From Fistulifera solaris (lineage: Eukaryota), in contig AP026149.1 of assembly GCA_030295235.1 (NCBI GenBank), forward strand, positions 1 to 64,000: a DNA stretch of 64,000 bases, written 5' to 3'. Position numbers and translations under genes: made by a program. The notes beneath the pieces were generated by a model, which worked only from the letters and a program-made list of their open reading frames with translations, was not told the DNA's origin and ran no database searches. Below, one piece after another: positions 1 to 10,876 of this stretch; the stretch's first letter is position 1, and each line of letters begins with the position of its first letter.

Positions 1-260
1 CCTAACCCTAACCCTAACCCTAACCTCCTAACCCTAACCCTAACCCTAACCCTAACCCTAACCCTAACCCTAACCCTAACCCCAACCCCAACCCTAACCC
101 TAACCCTAACCCCAACCCCAACCCCAACCCTCAACCCTAACCCTAACCCTAACCCTAACCCTAACCCTAACCCTAACCCTAACCCTAACCCTAACCCTAA
201 CCCTAACCCTAACCCTAACCCTAACCCTAACCCTAACCCTAACCCTAACCCTAACCCTAA
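1..260 (+). repeat. Telomeric repeat array (CCCTAA)n, i.e. a TTAGGG-type chromosome end
   Basis: About 43 tandem CCCTAA units from base 1, with a few CCCCAA/CCCCTAA variants. Confidence 0.98.
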
Positions 261-264
261 CGTT

Positions 265-2985
265 CTTGTCGGGACGGACGCGTCAAGCCGCCCGACAGCT
301 CACTTCCCGTGCCTCGGTGGCTCTGCTCGACCCACAGGATATCGATGCTAAATCGAACTGTCCTGTGCTTCGAGGTCCTCCCGATCCAAGCATCCGGGCT
401 TGCGAGTCCCGGATCTGGATCGAAGGGCAGACGGCTTTTGAGGCATATGATTCATGCCCAGAAGTCCTTCCTCAGGTCATCTCTGCCGGCCATCGAAATG
501 GACGGGCGCCAAGCTTTCCGGCGGGCGGGACCCAGCGGTATTGATTCCGCTGACCTTCGCCACTGGCTCCTTCGATTTGGTTCACACTCGGAGGGGTTGC
601 GCACGGAGCTTGCCGCATGGACACAGTGGTTCTGCAATGGCGACCCGCCATATGCAGCTCTTCGCGGCGCTTCATGGCTTGTCGACTGGTAGCTCTTGAT
701 AAGGAACCGGGTGTCCGCCCGGTCGGCATCGGAGAGATCTACCGTCGCTCATGGCAAAGACTGTTGTTCGCCTGGCAGGCCACGTGGCTACGGAGTCATG
801 TGGCAACTTCAATCTCTGTGCTGGACTTGCTGCCTGGCATTGAGAGTGCGGTCCATGCTGTCAGGTCTCGGGTTCGAAGCGACCGAGCGCAAGGAACCTC
901 CTGGAGAAGAAGAGAGTGTGGACATCCTCGGCCAGGGCCTGGGCTAATGCCGCGTCCCGCGGCCCCCAGTGAAAGCCCCGCCGAGGTCGTAGAGTCTGAC
1001 GATCTGGAGGCTGTTCTACTAGTTGATGCCCGCAATGGCTTCAACGAACTCAGCCGCTTTGGCGATGCTCTGGACGGTCCGGCCATCTGTGGCCGCATGG
1101 AGCTCGCTTTGCCTTTCAATGCTATCGCCATGCGGGCGGTGCTGATTGTCCGCCAACGATCGTAGTTCTGTGCGACCATACTGAGCTGGAAGGCGCCACC
1201 CAAGGTGACCCTCTCAGCATGGTCCTGTATGGTCTCACTCTTACACCACTCGCCAGCAAATTCAAGGCCGCTACCAAGGATGTTGTTCAGCCCTGGTACG
1301 CCGGACGATATGGTTATGGCGGGAACGGTCCGTGGCATTGCGAATGCAACACTTTTGTTGCAGCGCTTTGGCCCCTAATCGCGGGTTACTTCCCCCTAAC
1401 CGGAAGAGCATCCTGGTCTGCCGCGAAGCACACCAGGCTCAGGCCCAGCGCAACTTGGCGGCATTTCACTTTCAGTATGCCACAGGAGCTCGCTACCTGG
1501 GAGGATTCATTGGAAGCCCCATTGATCAAGCCGGAGTGGCTTAAGCCTCAGATCGATGCGCGGTGCTTCGGGGTCCGTGTTTGGCGAAAGCCGCAATGCA
1601 GTATCCACAGACTGCATATGCTGGCCTCTGCAAGTCACTCCAGGCTGAGTGGCTTTACTTGCAGAGAGTGCTTCCCGACCGCGGTGGAAGCCTTCGCCCC
1701 ATTGGAGCGTGAAATCCGGGAGAAGTTCATTCCTGCCCTCCTCGGCGAGAATGAAGCGCCAGGAGATGCACTGCGCTCTCCTGACGCAGCTGAGCGTTAA
1801 GTCTGCAGGCCTTGGGATCCTCAACCCCACCTCCACGGCTGCCCACAATCACGCCCAGCTCTCTCTATCACGGAATCCGGCCGTGACAGTCTTCTCTCGA
1901 AGCGCTCCCTTGAATGTTGGCGGCACACCAGTCGCGATGCGAGGGAGCGCGCCGCGACTGCAGGGGGGAGCGACAGGCTGCAGATGCTGCCCAGCTCCAG
2001 CAGATCTGTCAGCAGGAGGGCCCGCGCGAAACTCGCTGCCTCCTTAAAGCCAGACACACAGGTCTCTGGCTTTCTGTCCTTCCCCAGACCCTGAACGGCA
2101 CGGACCTTTCCCGCGATGAGTTCCGCGACAGCCGCCCCGATCCTAATGGTCTCCCAGTGACCGCGCTACCAGTCACCTGTGATGGTGTGGCAAACCCTTC
2201 ACTCTCGCCAAGCACTCCCAAACGTGCGGCAAGAAGGGTGGACTGGTAACGATGCGACATGATGACCTGAAAATGGAAGTCATGTCCCTCTGTGCACAGG
2301 CCTTCAGCCCCGGTGTGGTTCGGGCGATGAACCCAAAATCAACACCTATCGCGACACACCGGCTGTTGGCTTAGACACAGAAGCTTCGGAGTTGCGTGGA
2401 GACATCTCTACCCATGGGTTCTGGACCCGGGTAAGACCACCATCTTCGACGTCCGAAAGTCACGGACACTGACGCCCCATCCCATTCAGGCCAGGACCCC
2501 TTTAAAGTCCTTGCCAAGCAGGAGCGCGGAGAAGCGGGACCTCTATGAAGAGCCCTGCAGGGCACGCCGACGCAGACTTTACTCCCCTCGTCTTTTCTGT
2601 GGATGGGTTGATGGGTGAGCAAGCCACGGCCGCTCACACGCCTGGCTCGGCCGCCCTGTCCAAAAGTGGGGGCGATCGTACTCTACCGCGGTGTGGATTT
2701 GTACGATCGCGCCTGAGTATCTCACTGGTCCGGTCTGTCAGCATGTTGCTGCCGCGACCGAGGGATGGAGCCCCTCCGCTGATAGACCCACCTGGGATGG
2801 CTCAGGTCTTTTGCTCTATTAGAGCTGCTGCTCTCCCATCTGGAGTCCATTCTTCTCTTGTGCAACCTGCCACTTGCATTTCTGGCTGCATCATTCTCAT
2901 TGCATCTTCCCCATCACCCCACATGTCTCAACAGGCTGGTTTTCGTAGTTCTAGCTTAATTTCTTCCTATAGCTGCGTTTTTTCC
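265..2985 (+). mobile_element. 5'-truncated CRE-clade (CRE/SLACS/MoTeR-like) non-LTR retrotransposon with RT and C-terminal restriction-like endonuclease
   Basis: Motifs read across shifting frames. RT: RLVALDKEPGVRPVGIGEIYRR, LLVDARNGFNELSR, QGDPLSMVLYGL, WYA(DD), YLGGFIGS, GLGI. Then a Zn-knuckle region ending RHDD, and RLE motifs RGDISTHGFW, FDVR, VTDTDAP, FTPLVFSVDGLMG. GC-rich, with a short pyrimidine-rich 3' UTR. Flanked by ACCCTAACCCTAACCCTAACGTT on both sides. Confidence 0.9.
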
Positions 2986-3008
2986 ACCCTAACCCTAACC
3001 CTAACGTT
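2986..3008 (+). repeat. Interstitial telomeric repeats (CCCTAA)3-CGTT; probable target-site duplication of 242-264
   Basis: Identical 23-mer at 242-264 and 2986-3008. Confidence 0.85.
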
Positions 3009-3379
3009 GACGTACGATCGATTGGGGATACTATTTTCCTGTCCCTCCATGTACTTGATTACCCTAACTCTTACTGGTACTTGTACAAGGTACTTTAAAT
3101 TTTGGCGAGGGCTTGGTAAACCCTAAAGTGCCAGAAACTGGCACTTTTAAAATTTTTTTGGATATTATTTATGTATGGTAACATACCAAAAATTTACACT
3201 GGTACACTCAAAGCAATGAAAGCTATTTTCCTGTCCCTCGATGTACTTAATGGACTACAACGTATATTTTTACGGCATCTGAACCAGAAGGTATTCTCGC
3301 ACTAAGGCTAGGGAGTTAGAACCAAAGCTTACTCATTGAAGTGTCAGACTGAAATATATGTGAATGAAAAGTGGTTAAT

Positions 3380-6300
3380 TGACAAATGCCGGACAAATTG
3401 GGTCGCGGTGCGCTACTCAACTTGTTTCTAGTAGACTTTCTACATACGTACCCGTCTGTTTGCGGACCGCTTGTCCGGCAATCGCCGATAATGGTAAAAC
3501 ATCTTCAGATCATTTTTCGTACAAGTGCAACGTGTCTTTTGTAGAGAATCAATCGTCGGCAAACTTGAGACAATTGCCGGACAAATTTTGGCTGGTAGCT
3601 TTTCTACAGGAGTGACAAGTTCTTACTTGGCAAAAATCCGAACCGCAAAAGCACCCACAGCTGAGCCCACAACAATGGTGCAAATGACAATTACAGCCTT
3701 TTATTCCAAGAATTGTTACTACCATAACCAACAGAAACCTCATCATGTCAGCTCAAAACGTACCAGTACAAGCAAATGTCGTTGCAGGCCGCGTGGTCCT
3801 TGCACGACCAATGTCACTACAGCAGATGGATGATGGGATTGTTTCGAAAAACGCCTTTTAGTTCCTATTGTAATGGCATCATACACTTCATCAACTGGTG
3901 TGCTGTGCAAAATGTTGACGAGACATCGGAGCTTTTGACGGAACTTGCTAAAGAAACAGTTAAAGATTGTCGAGATCCCAATGAAGGCGAGCAAGAAGAA
4001 ACATAGAGCTCGGGTGAAAGCTGTTTATATGAATCTGATTCGCGAATGCCAGAAACAGTCCTCTTGTTATTGAAGAGAACATTACTCCTGGCCTTGTTAT
4101 GAAGTACATTGCATCGGGGGCCAATCAGCAAACTGGGAAAGCGCTTTCACGATCATCCTACAAGGGAAAACGCTCTGCCATCTTTCATTTGTTACGTTGT
4201 CATAATGGACGGGGTCCCACGGAGGAGTACAAGCAGCGCATTGGAAACTATTGGAAGGGATTTGGAAGGAAGCGGAGTAATAGGAGTCCTCAGAATGAAG
4301 ACGAGAATGAAGATGGAAATGGCGACAGTAGCGATGATGAGGAAGACGACCGTGATGAGCTCAATGAAGGCAAGGAGGCTATATCCACCGAGCTGTACCG
4401 TTCAATCCTCAAATGGCTGCTAGAATATGCATCAGTTGACAGCTTGCTTGCTGCTTGTTTCATTTGTCTCACATGGAATCTTGCTTGCCGCAGTAACAAT
4501 ACGGCAAAATTGAAGCTTAGTCACTTGTCCTGGACAAAGTTCGATGCAATGCAGATAAACTTCAAGCACACAAAGACAGATGTAACTGGAGCAGAAAAGC
4601 AAGTTAAAAGAAATCTGTATTCCAACATCAATGAGCCCCGACATTGACTTCACGTTCTTGCTTGGTCTATATCTAGCAACAAACTTTACCACGGTGCAAG
4701 AAGCTGGCTATCGATTGTTCCCGGGACTTCCGATAGTACAACAAAACGCGTCAGCCGTAAGCTTCAGGAGGTACTTGAGCTTCACGAAGATGAAGTCATA
4801 GCTATGGGATATGCTTCCATCTCCGACATTGGCTTACATTCTCTCCTAAAAGGCGCAGCTACTTATTTGGGATCGCTGCCAGGTGGGCCATCTCCAGTAG
4901 CAATATGCCACCGATGCGGTTGGAGTACTGGCAAGGTGTTGGATATCTATTTCCAGCAACTACAACGCTGGAGATGAATTTGTTGGGCGTGTCTTTCTCT
5001 CTTAAATTTGATGTCTAGTGACTTTGCATCGCCACTCCGCGCATTTTTGCCCAGAAGTTGTTGACAATGAATGGATGGCAAACTGTGTTAAGAAAGTGTT
5101 TCCTTGCTTCCATCATATCAACGGCATGCAAAAGATTCTACAACGTTGTCTTGCAAGCATGATTCACCACCACGATTATGTTGCGCGATTTGAGGCAAAT
5201 CATCCAGCAAGAAAATCTATTGCTATCTTCCGCGATTACAACCTCATGGAACATGGTCTGGCTGCTTTAAAGACTCATAAAGCCTGGGATACAACAAATC
5301 ACATATCTGGAGTACCCCCTCATGTGAAGGAGCTAGTGGATCTAGCTGAAATCAAGGACCAGCTAGGATCGATTGCTGAAAGGATATTTGAAAAGGTGAT
5401 GAAAGGCGTGACTGATTATTTTGAGACTCGACTTAATTGGTGGCGGTGAATTAACTGAAGAACGCCCTGATGGAGCTTATACAGCGAAGCTTCGGATAGT
5501 ACACGCCTGAGGTTTTTGATAGACTAACATTGCAACTAGAGCGTTTGGTCGAATCTTTTCAACAGAATCCCCTTCGTGGAATGTACGTTGAAGAGCCTAC
5601 CAATGGTAACGCGATTCTCATCAACTGAGTTGCCCATCGACTTTGAATTTCCAAGATCAAACACATTGGATTTGTGGGTGCAATGGAATACTCCAAATAG
5701 AGAACAAAATATTCCTGCATTAAAGAACGTAAGCACAAAATCCTACAAGTTCCTTGATGAAAACAGCGATCAGCGGGTGAATGTAACAGATCGCCTCGCT
5801 TGCAAGCCAACCTAAAAGGAAAGAGACGGGAATCCCGAAGGACGGCAAGCTTACATGAAAATTCTCTGTCAATTTATTGAGGCCGGGCGCGGAAATTTGG
5901 TTTTGAAACTATTTCAGAGTTGAACATGCAGGAGGCTTTTGAGACGGTGGCAAAGAATTTGGGTTTGGCCAGGAAGCCTGGACCACAACATTGAAAGCCG
6001 TTCAAAAGTTGAAGAATGCAAGGAAAAATGCACCAGCTGTAGAAGCCGAAGAAGACCACAACGTCAGTGAAACACCACAGGATGCTTCCAATAGAAGGAC
6101 AGGATCAAGGCGAGCACGGCACTCCAGCGGTGAAGAAAGTAGCACAGATACTTCGTAATGGCATTTCTCGGCCCCAGGCAAAGACGGGCGAACACAATCA
6201 GCAATAGTGATGCAGACACCACATCAGTGACTGCAGCAACCGTTACAAATAGAAGAAGGGGATCAAGCCAGATTTGCATCACCAATACACAAGTACGCCA

Positions 6301-7215
6301 GCGACGACAAACACAAACACCTGCTCGGACACAAATAGCACGGAATCATAGAGCACGGTCAAATGTTCCTGGCAATATAGATCTTGCCGATCATTTCCCA
6401 GGTGCATTTGATAATCTCACAGCAGAGCAAATACAAGAACTCCATCATGTCAACCATCAGGAAATTGAGCGAATAAGAAGGGAGGAGCAGCAAGCTGCCG
6501 ACCAGGAATTGCTTGAAAATCGCGAGGATGATAATTCGTCATCCGCAAGGCATTACACAGAATCAAGGCCAGAACTCACTATTGGACCGTCAGCAGTATG
6601 CAGTGGTACTTGAAACTCTCCTGGAAGAAGATCTGGCCACTTCTCTGTCACCAGAGTACCGAATGGGTCCAAATGGGAGACTGATTGGACAGTGCAGCAT
6701 CAATGGATGTATTCACACATTTGAGGTGTATACATGCCACCTTGCTAGCTGCAATAAATATGTACATCATCTTTGTGCTGACGAGCACCAGCTTGCAAGT
6801 ATTCATGACGAGCAGTACAAGTATTGCTGTGTCGAGCACCAAAAATTGGGCGACAGGCGTTAATCGGAAAACATGCTAATTTGTGTTTAATTTGTATGAG
6901 GTATCTTTTAGAAAAATTCTTGTATCATCAGCTTGTTTGGTTATCTCGTCACAAGTGACGCATGGTCAAACTTACTGGTTTTTTTGGTCGGCGCCTTCTT
7001 TAAGATACCTGGTGTGCTGGCTTTTGCATTTGCCATTTTCCAATTAACATGACTCCAAGATGCCTCCAGTCACGGCAGGGGAAATAGTTCTACTCTAAGG
7101 TTTCGAGGTGAAAGAGCCTTGCATTGACGGTTGCAATACGGACCGTCCGGACGTGGCGGACAAGCCGGTCCGGCAATTGTCCAGATTATCTGGAAAATTC
7201 AGTCGAATGTCAAGA
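3380..7215 (+). mobile_element. Crypton (CryptonS-like) tyrosine-recombinase DNA transposon; boundaries approximate
   Basis: Contains the YR coding region. Flanks carry inverted motifs GACAATTGCCGGAC (3569-3582) / GTCCGGCAATTGTC (7168-7181) and CGGACCGCTTGTCCG (3463-3477) / CGGACAAGCCGGTCCG (7157-7172). Confidence 0.65.
3744..6863 (+). CDS. Tyrosine recombinase of Crypton type, with a GCR1_C-like segment and a C-terminal Cys/His zinc finger (multiple frameshifts)
   Basis: Motifs RSAIFHL, LTWNLACRSNN (catalytic Arg), HTKTD, and GLHSLLKGAATY...GGPSPVAICHRCGWSTGKVLDIY (H-x-x-[R], W, Y) read at 4831-4950. Later FEFPRSNTLDLWVQWN and CSINGC...CHLASCNKYVHHLC...YCCVEH. Confidence 0.75.
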
Positions 7216-7396
7216 TTAGATTCTGACGATTAAAAAATTAGGAATAAAATATATATGTGTATTCTATAGTTGGGGAGCGCTCTGCAGGCTTTCTTTGAAA
7301 AAAAGACACCACCACAAAACACAAAACTGCTCACAAAAGTCTACCTGGTATTTGCTTTGGACTTCATCTTCTCTGCTTGCATCAGCGAAAGCAACC

Positions 7397-8191
7397 ATGA
7401 ACGCCTACCAACTTTCTTCTCTGTTTTCACGCAACGAACTATTCTTGCGCTGCAATTCTCCCCCGCCCAAGTGTCCCGGCAAACGAAGAGTTTTCACGGA
7501 CAAATCCGCCCTTCGTATCGCCATTGAAGAGCACTTACTTTCACCAACTGAACCAAAGCCCAACTGCTGGGATGTGTCGGGCGTGACCGATTTAAGCAGG
7601 CTGTTCTATAATATGGCAACCTTCAACGAACCCATTGGCGATTGGGACACATCGGCCACCATCGACATGTCCGAAATGTTCTACAATGCCCACGTATTCA
7701 ATCAAGATATAAGTGGCTGGAATACGGCTAAAGTCCTTTACATGAATAGCATGTTCGCCGGTGCTTACCAGTTCAATCAAGACATCAGTGGTTGGATGAC
7801 TTCATCAGTTTTAAATATGGAAAATATGTTTTTTAATTGCGTGGACTTCAATCAAAGCCTTGGTGAATGGGAGACGTCACTCGTTACAGATATGAGTGGA
7901 ATGTTTTCTGGTAATACCAACTTGAATCAAGATCTCAGCAGCTGGGACACGGCACAAGTCGTTGACATGTCCTTGATGTTTGCAAATGCCTGGACTTTTA
8001 ATGCAAACATTGGCAATTGGAACATTGAAAAAGTGAGTAACATGAACAGCATGTTTTTGGAGGCAAGATCCTTTAATCAAGACCTTTGTGCGTGGAAAGA
8101 TAGTGGAGCAACAAAAGATAATATGTTTGTGAATAGCGATTGCGATAACACGACACCGTCGTCGAGTGCAATGTGTAAAGTTTGTCCCTAA
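7397..8191 (+). CDS. DUF285 / BspA-type leucine-rich surface-protein repeat protein
   Basis: About 7 tandem 25-aa repeats FNQDISxWxTSxVxxMxxMF. Confidence 0.9.
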   Translation: MNAYQLSSLFSRNELFLRCNSPPPKCPGKRRVFTDKSALRIAIEEHLLSPTEPKPNCWDVSGVTDLSRLFYNMATFNEPIGDWDTSATIDMSEMFYNAHVFNQDISGWNTAKVLYMNSMFAGAYQFNQDISGWMTSSVLNMENMFFNCVDFNQSLGEWETSLVTDMSGMFSGNTNLNQDLSSWDTAQVVDMSLMFANAWTFNANIGNWNIEKVSNMNSMFLEARSFNQDLCAWKDSGATKDNMFVNSDCDNTTPSSSAMCKVCP

Positions 8192-8332
8192 ATCGTTCCT
8201 TCAAGGGAGAGTTCAGTCGTAATATACCAGGGAATAAATGAAATAATAAATCAGTTCTTTGATCCGCAACAAAATAAGATAAAAAAATTGAGCCATCTCA
8301 TTATATGTTCCAGCATTTTGCAAACACCCATC

Positions 8333-8680
8333 ATGATGCATTGTGTTTATCACCTGCTTCCATTCTCGCAGCGATCATCTACACCGTCACTTGTGATGAA
8401 GTTGTCATCGAACGACTCGAGGAGTGTGAGAGCACATACAGACAAGCCTTGAACGGCTGCTCAGGAGATTCTACATGCACCAGATGCTTGCGAAGCAATA
8501 TGCGGGGGGGTTCTTACAGCTGCTCCTACTGTCGCTGCTGATTCCGGGACGCCGGTCCTGTCATTCAAGTCGAGGGTGCTAATGCAACCAATCCATCAAT
8601 TCTTGCCCAATCTCGCAATCTTTCGCAGTGGTTTGTCATCGGTGCAGTATTTGTGTTCTTTGTGTCAGATGTGCCCTAGC
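8333..8680 (+). CDS. Possible small secreted Cys-rich protein (frameshifted)
   Basis: Hydrophobic N-terminus, LEECESTYRQALNGCSGDSTCTRCL, and a hydrophobic C-terminal stretch. No recognisable family. Confidence 0.3.
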
Positions 8681-8729
8681 TACTAGATGTTTAGAACATT
8701 TATCTTTGAAGAAGCATTTTCAAAAGCCT

Positions 8730-9992
8730 CTAGTTTCTACCAAAGTTTAATTGCTCTTGTAACTCGCGTGCCAAGTCACTGTCAGATCGTTGAAGTGCTC
8801 CATCCGGCAGCTTCAACAAAACAGGTTCGATCGGTTGCAACTCAAATAGCGTCTTTTTGTTCATGCAGTGCCCATCTGCCAACTTCTTGCCGGATGGAAC
8901 ACTCTGTGGGACAGCTTCAAAAAACACGGATTGATTGTCGTGTTCCCAACAGGACAATAAAAATTGAATATGATTACGAAAACCCTCCAAATCTGGTTGA
9001 ATCGCTTTCAGGGCAACCACGCGGTTGACATCGGGCACTCCTCGACTGGCTATACTGGACCTCGTCTTCATAGCAATGCCCGCTTCCGATAGAAAAGCAA
9101 TCGCCAACCCGTATTCTTGATTCTCCCAACAAGCTCGAGCTTGAAAATACAATGTCAATCCCTCGTGCACCGCTATCTGCAATGCTACCAAAGTCATAAA
9201 GTCCTTATCGAGTCTCTGCATCGAATCAAACGCTTCGCGACGCAAGAGCGCAATAAAACCATCAAGTTGCTGTTGTACGCCAAGACATAATTTTGCGAGT
9301 AACGAATAGTTCGGCGTGCCGGGCTTCATCAACAAGGTCGCCACCGCCATTTGTTGCCCATTCGTCTGGAAAAGCAAACACAGTGCTTTGGCCATGGCAC
9401 CATGACACTCGCTTGGTAATTTTGTTGCATCGACACTGGAGCCTTTCGCTATCCATTTTGGCAAAAGATCGTCACTGAGAAATGCCCATACTCCCGCCGC
9501 GATCGCATAAGCTCGACTGGATGCCGCAAAATCCCCCGCAATCGAATTTTCCGTCGCCAACAATGCCTGCCCCAATCCAGTTGTTGCGACTGTCATGCAC
9601 AAATCATACAAGATAGCTTCTGAAGCGAAGGCCTGAGCTTGCGTCGAAGCTTCGACACCACTAACCCATTCGAAGACGAGCTTTTCATCCAAACGCGCTT
9701 GTTCGGGTTGAATTTGACAGGATAGTAATATTGTGTTGATGAGAGGTTCATACCGCTGTGCGCACTCCATCACTCGTTCAGCGGATACTTTCGAAGCGCA
9801 ACAAGCCTCGTGCAAAAGACGACGCGCTTCGTCGGCCTGTTTCATGTGGCGTCGGGTCTTTGCGTCTTTTCCTGTCGTATAAAAGGCATCAAAAAGGAAA
9901 CTTTGCGTGTTGTGGGTTGCGGAACGCGAAAGCGATGCACGACTGCGTAAGGAAAGTGAGAAATGGAGTGTCGTTTGTCGTTGTTCGTTCAT
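8730..9992 (-). CDS. BRO1-domain protein (BROX/ALIX-like); true start probably downstream or split by an intron
   Basis: FEW, YD...AAGVW.FL, QQMAV, LLAKL, YG.AIA.L and WEHDNQSVFFEAVP pattern typical of Bro1 domains. Confidence 0.8.
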   Translation of the reverse strand: MNEQRQTTLHFSLSLRSRASLSRSATHNTQSFLFDAFYTTGKDAKTRRHMKQADEARRLLHEACCASKVSAERVMECAQRYEPLINTILLSCQIQPEQARLDEKLVFEWVSGVEASTQAQAFASEAILYDLCMTVATTGLGQALLATENSIAGDFAASSRAYAIAAGVWAFLSDDLLPKWIAKGSSVDATKLPSECHGAMAKALCLLFQTNGQQMAVATLLMKPGTPNYSLLAKLCLGVQQQLDGFIALLRREAFDSMQRLDKDFMTLVALQIAVHEGLTLYFQARACWENQEYGLAIAFLSEAGIAMKTRSSIASRGVPDVNRVVALKAIQPDLEGFRNHIQFLLSCWEHDNQSVFFEAVPQSVPSGKKLADGHCMNKKTLFELQPIEPVLLKLPDGALQRSDSDLARELQEQLNFGRN

Positions 9993-10876
9993 GCTTTCTT
10001 ACCTGCCGCCAACCGAATAGCCGAATCGGGATGATCCGTTTTCGTTTTCTCCGGATCTTTATATAAATAATCGGACATGATATTTTAGGAGAGACACGGA
10101 AGGAGGAAAGATTCATAAAACAATAATAAAGTGCACGCTTGATGATTTCCCATTTTTGTTGTTCGTCTGATTGATCGTCGTTACTTACTGGTACCAGGTA
10201 CGGTAGCCAAAGGGCCTTGGCGGTAGAGCCGAGCGTTGAGCGTTTGTTGGGTTTATAAACGAAGTGACGTCACTCTCGTTATTCTTTCCATGCAAGACTT
10301 CTCGGAGAGGTGCGAAGAGATGCAAACCAACCAAAAAAAGTATAGAAATAACCGTTCCTAACGTTCTTCTCTTAAGACACCCAAAAGCTCAAGGAAATCA
10401 GCTTGATAGAATAAAGTACAGAGCCGAGGATCGAATTCCGAATTTATGATTTTTGTAGTTCCGAGTCGAAAATTCATATACGTCCTTTTACACTCCACTG
10501 TTATACTAATACCGTCTGAATACAAAGGAACAGTGCATAAATGGAACCTTGTTGGATTAATTCGTGCTTTTGATCAATACGAAACAGTAGAATAATCATC
10601 GTGATGCACAGCAAGCAACGAGCGATGTCACAAGGCACCCTTTCACTTTTCATTTTTATCATTTCTCACCTTCTGCTTCTGCTCATCATTCATCATTTCA
10701 TTGCAAATTTTGCACATACCATTTGGTCTGTCGTCACCATATCAATTGCCATTCTTCGCTCCAAGACGACCGCATTAAGTGCCTTGGTTGTGCTGTTGTT
10801 GGGCTCGATGCGTCACTGATCAGCAGTTCGTAACGACAAGCAACTCTATCGATCTGGTTTTGAGACAACAAAAACG

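Noticed and set aside
20..150. Variant telomere units (CCCCAA, CCCCTAA) as a degenerate telomerase template
   Set aside because: Cannot be separated from base-calling error in homopolymer-rich repeats.
7397..8191. Bacterial contamination suggested by DUF285 and PPi-PFK
   Set aside because: Contiguous with the telomere and intron-containing genes; the PFP gene itself has two spliceosomal introns.
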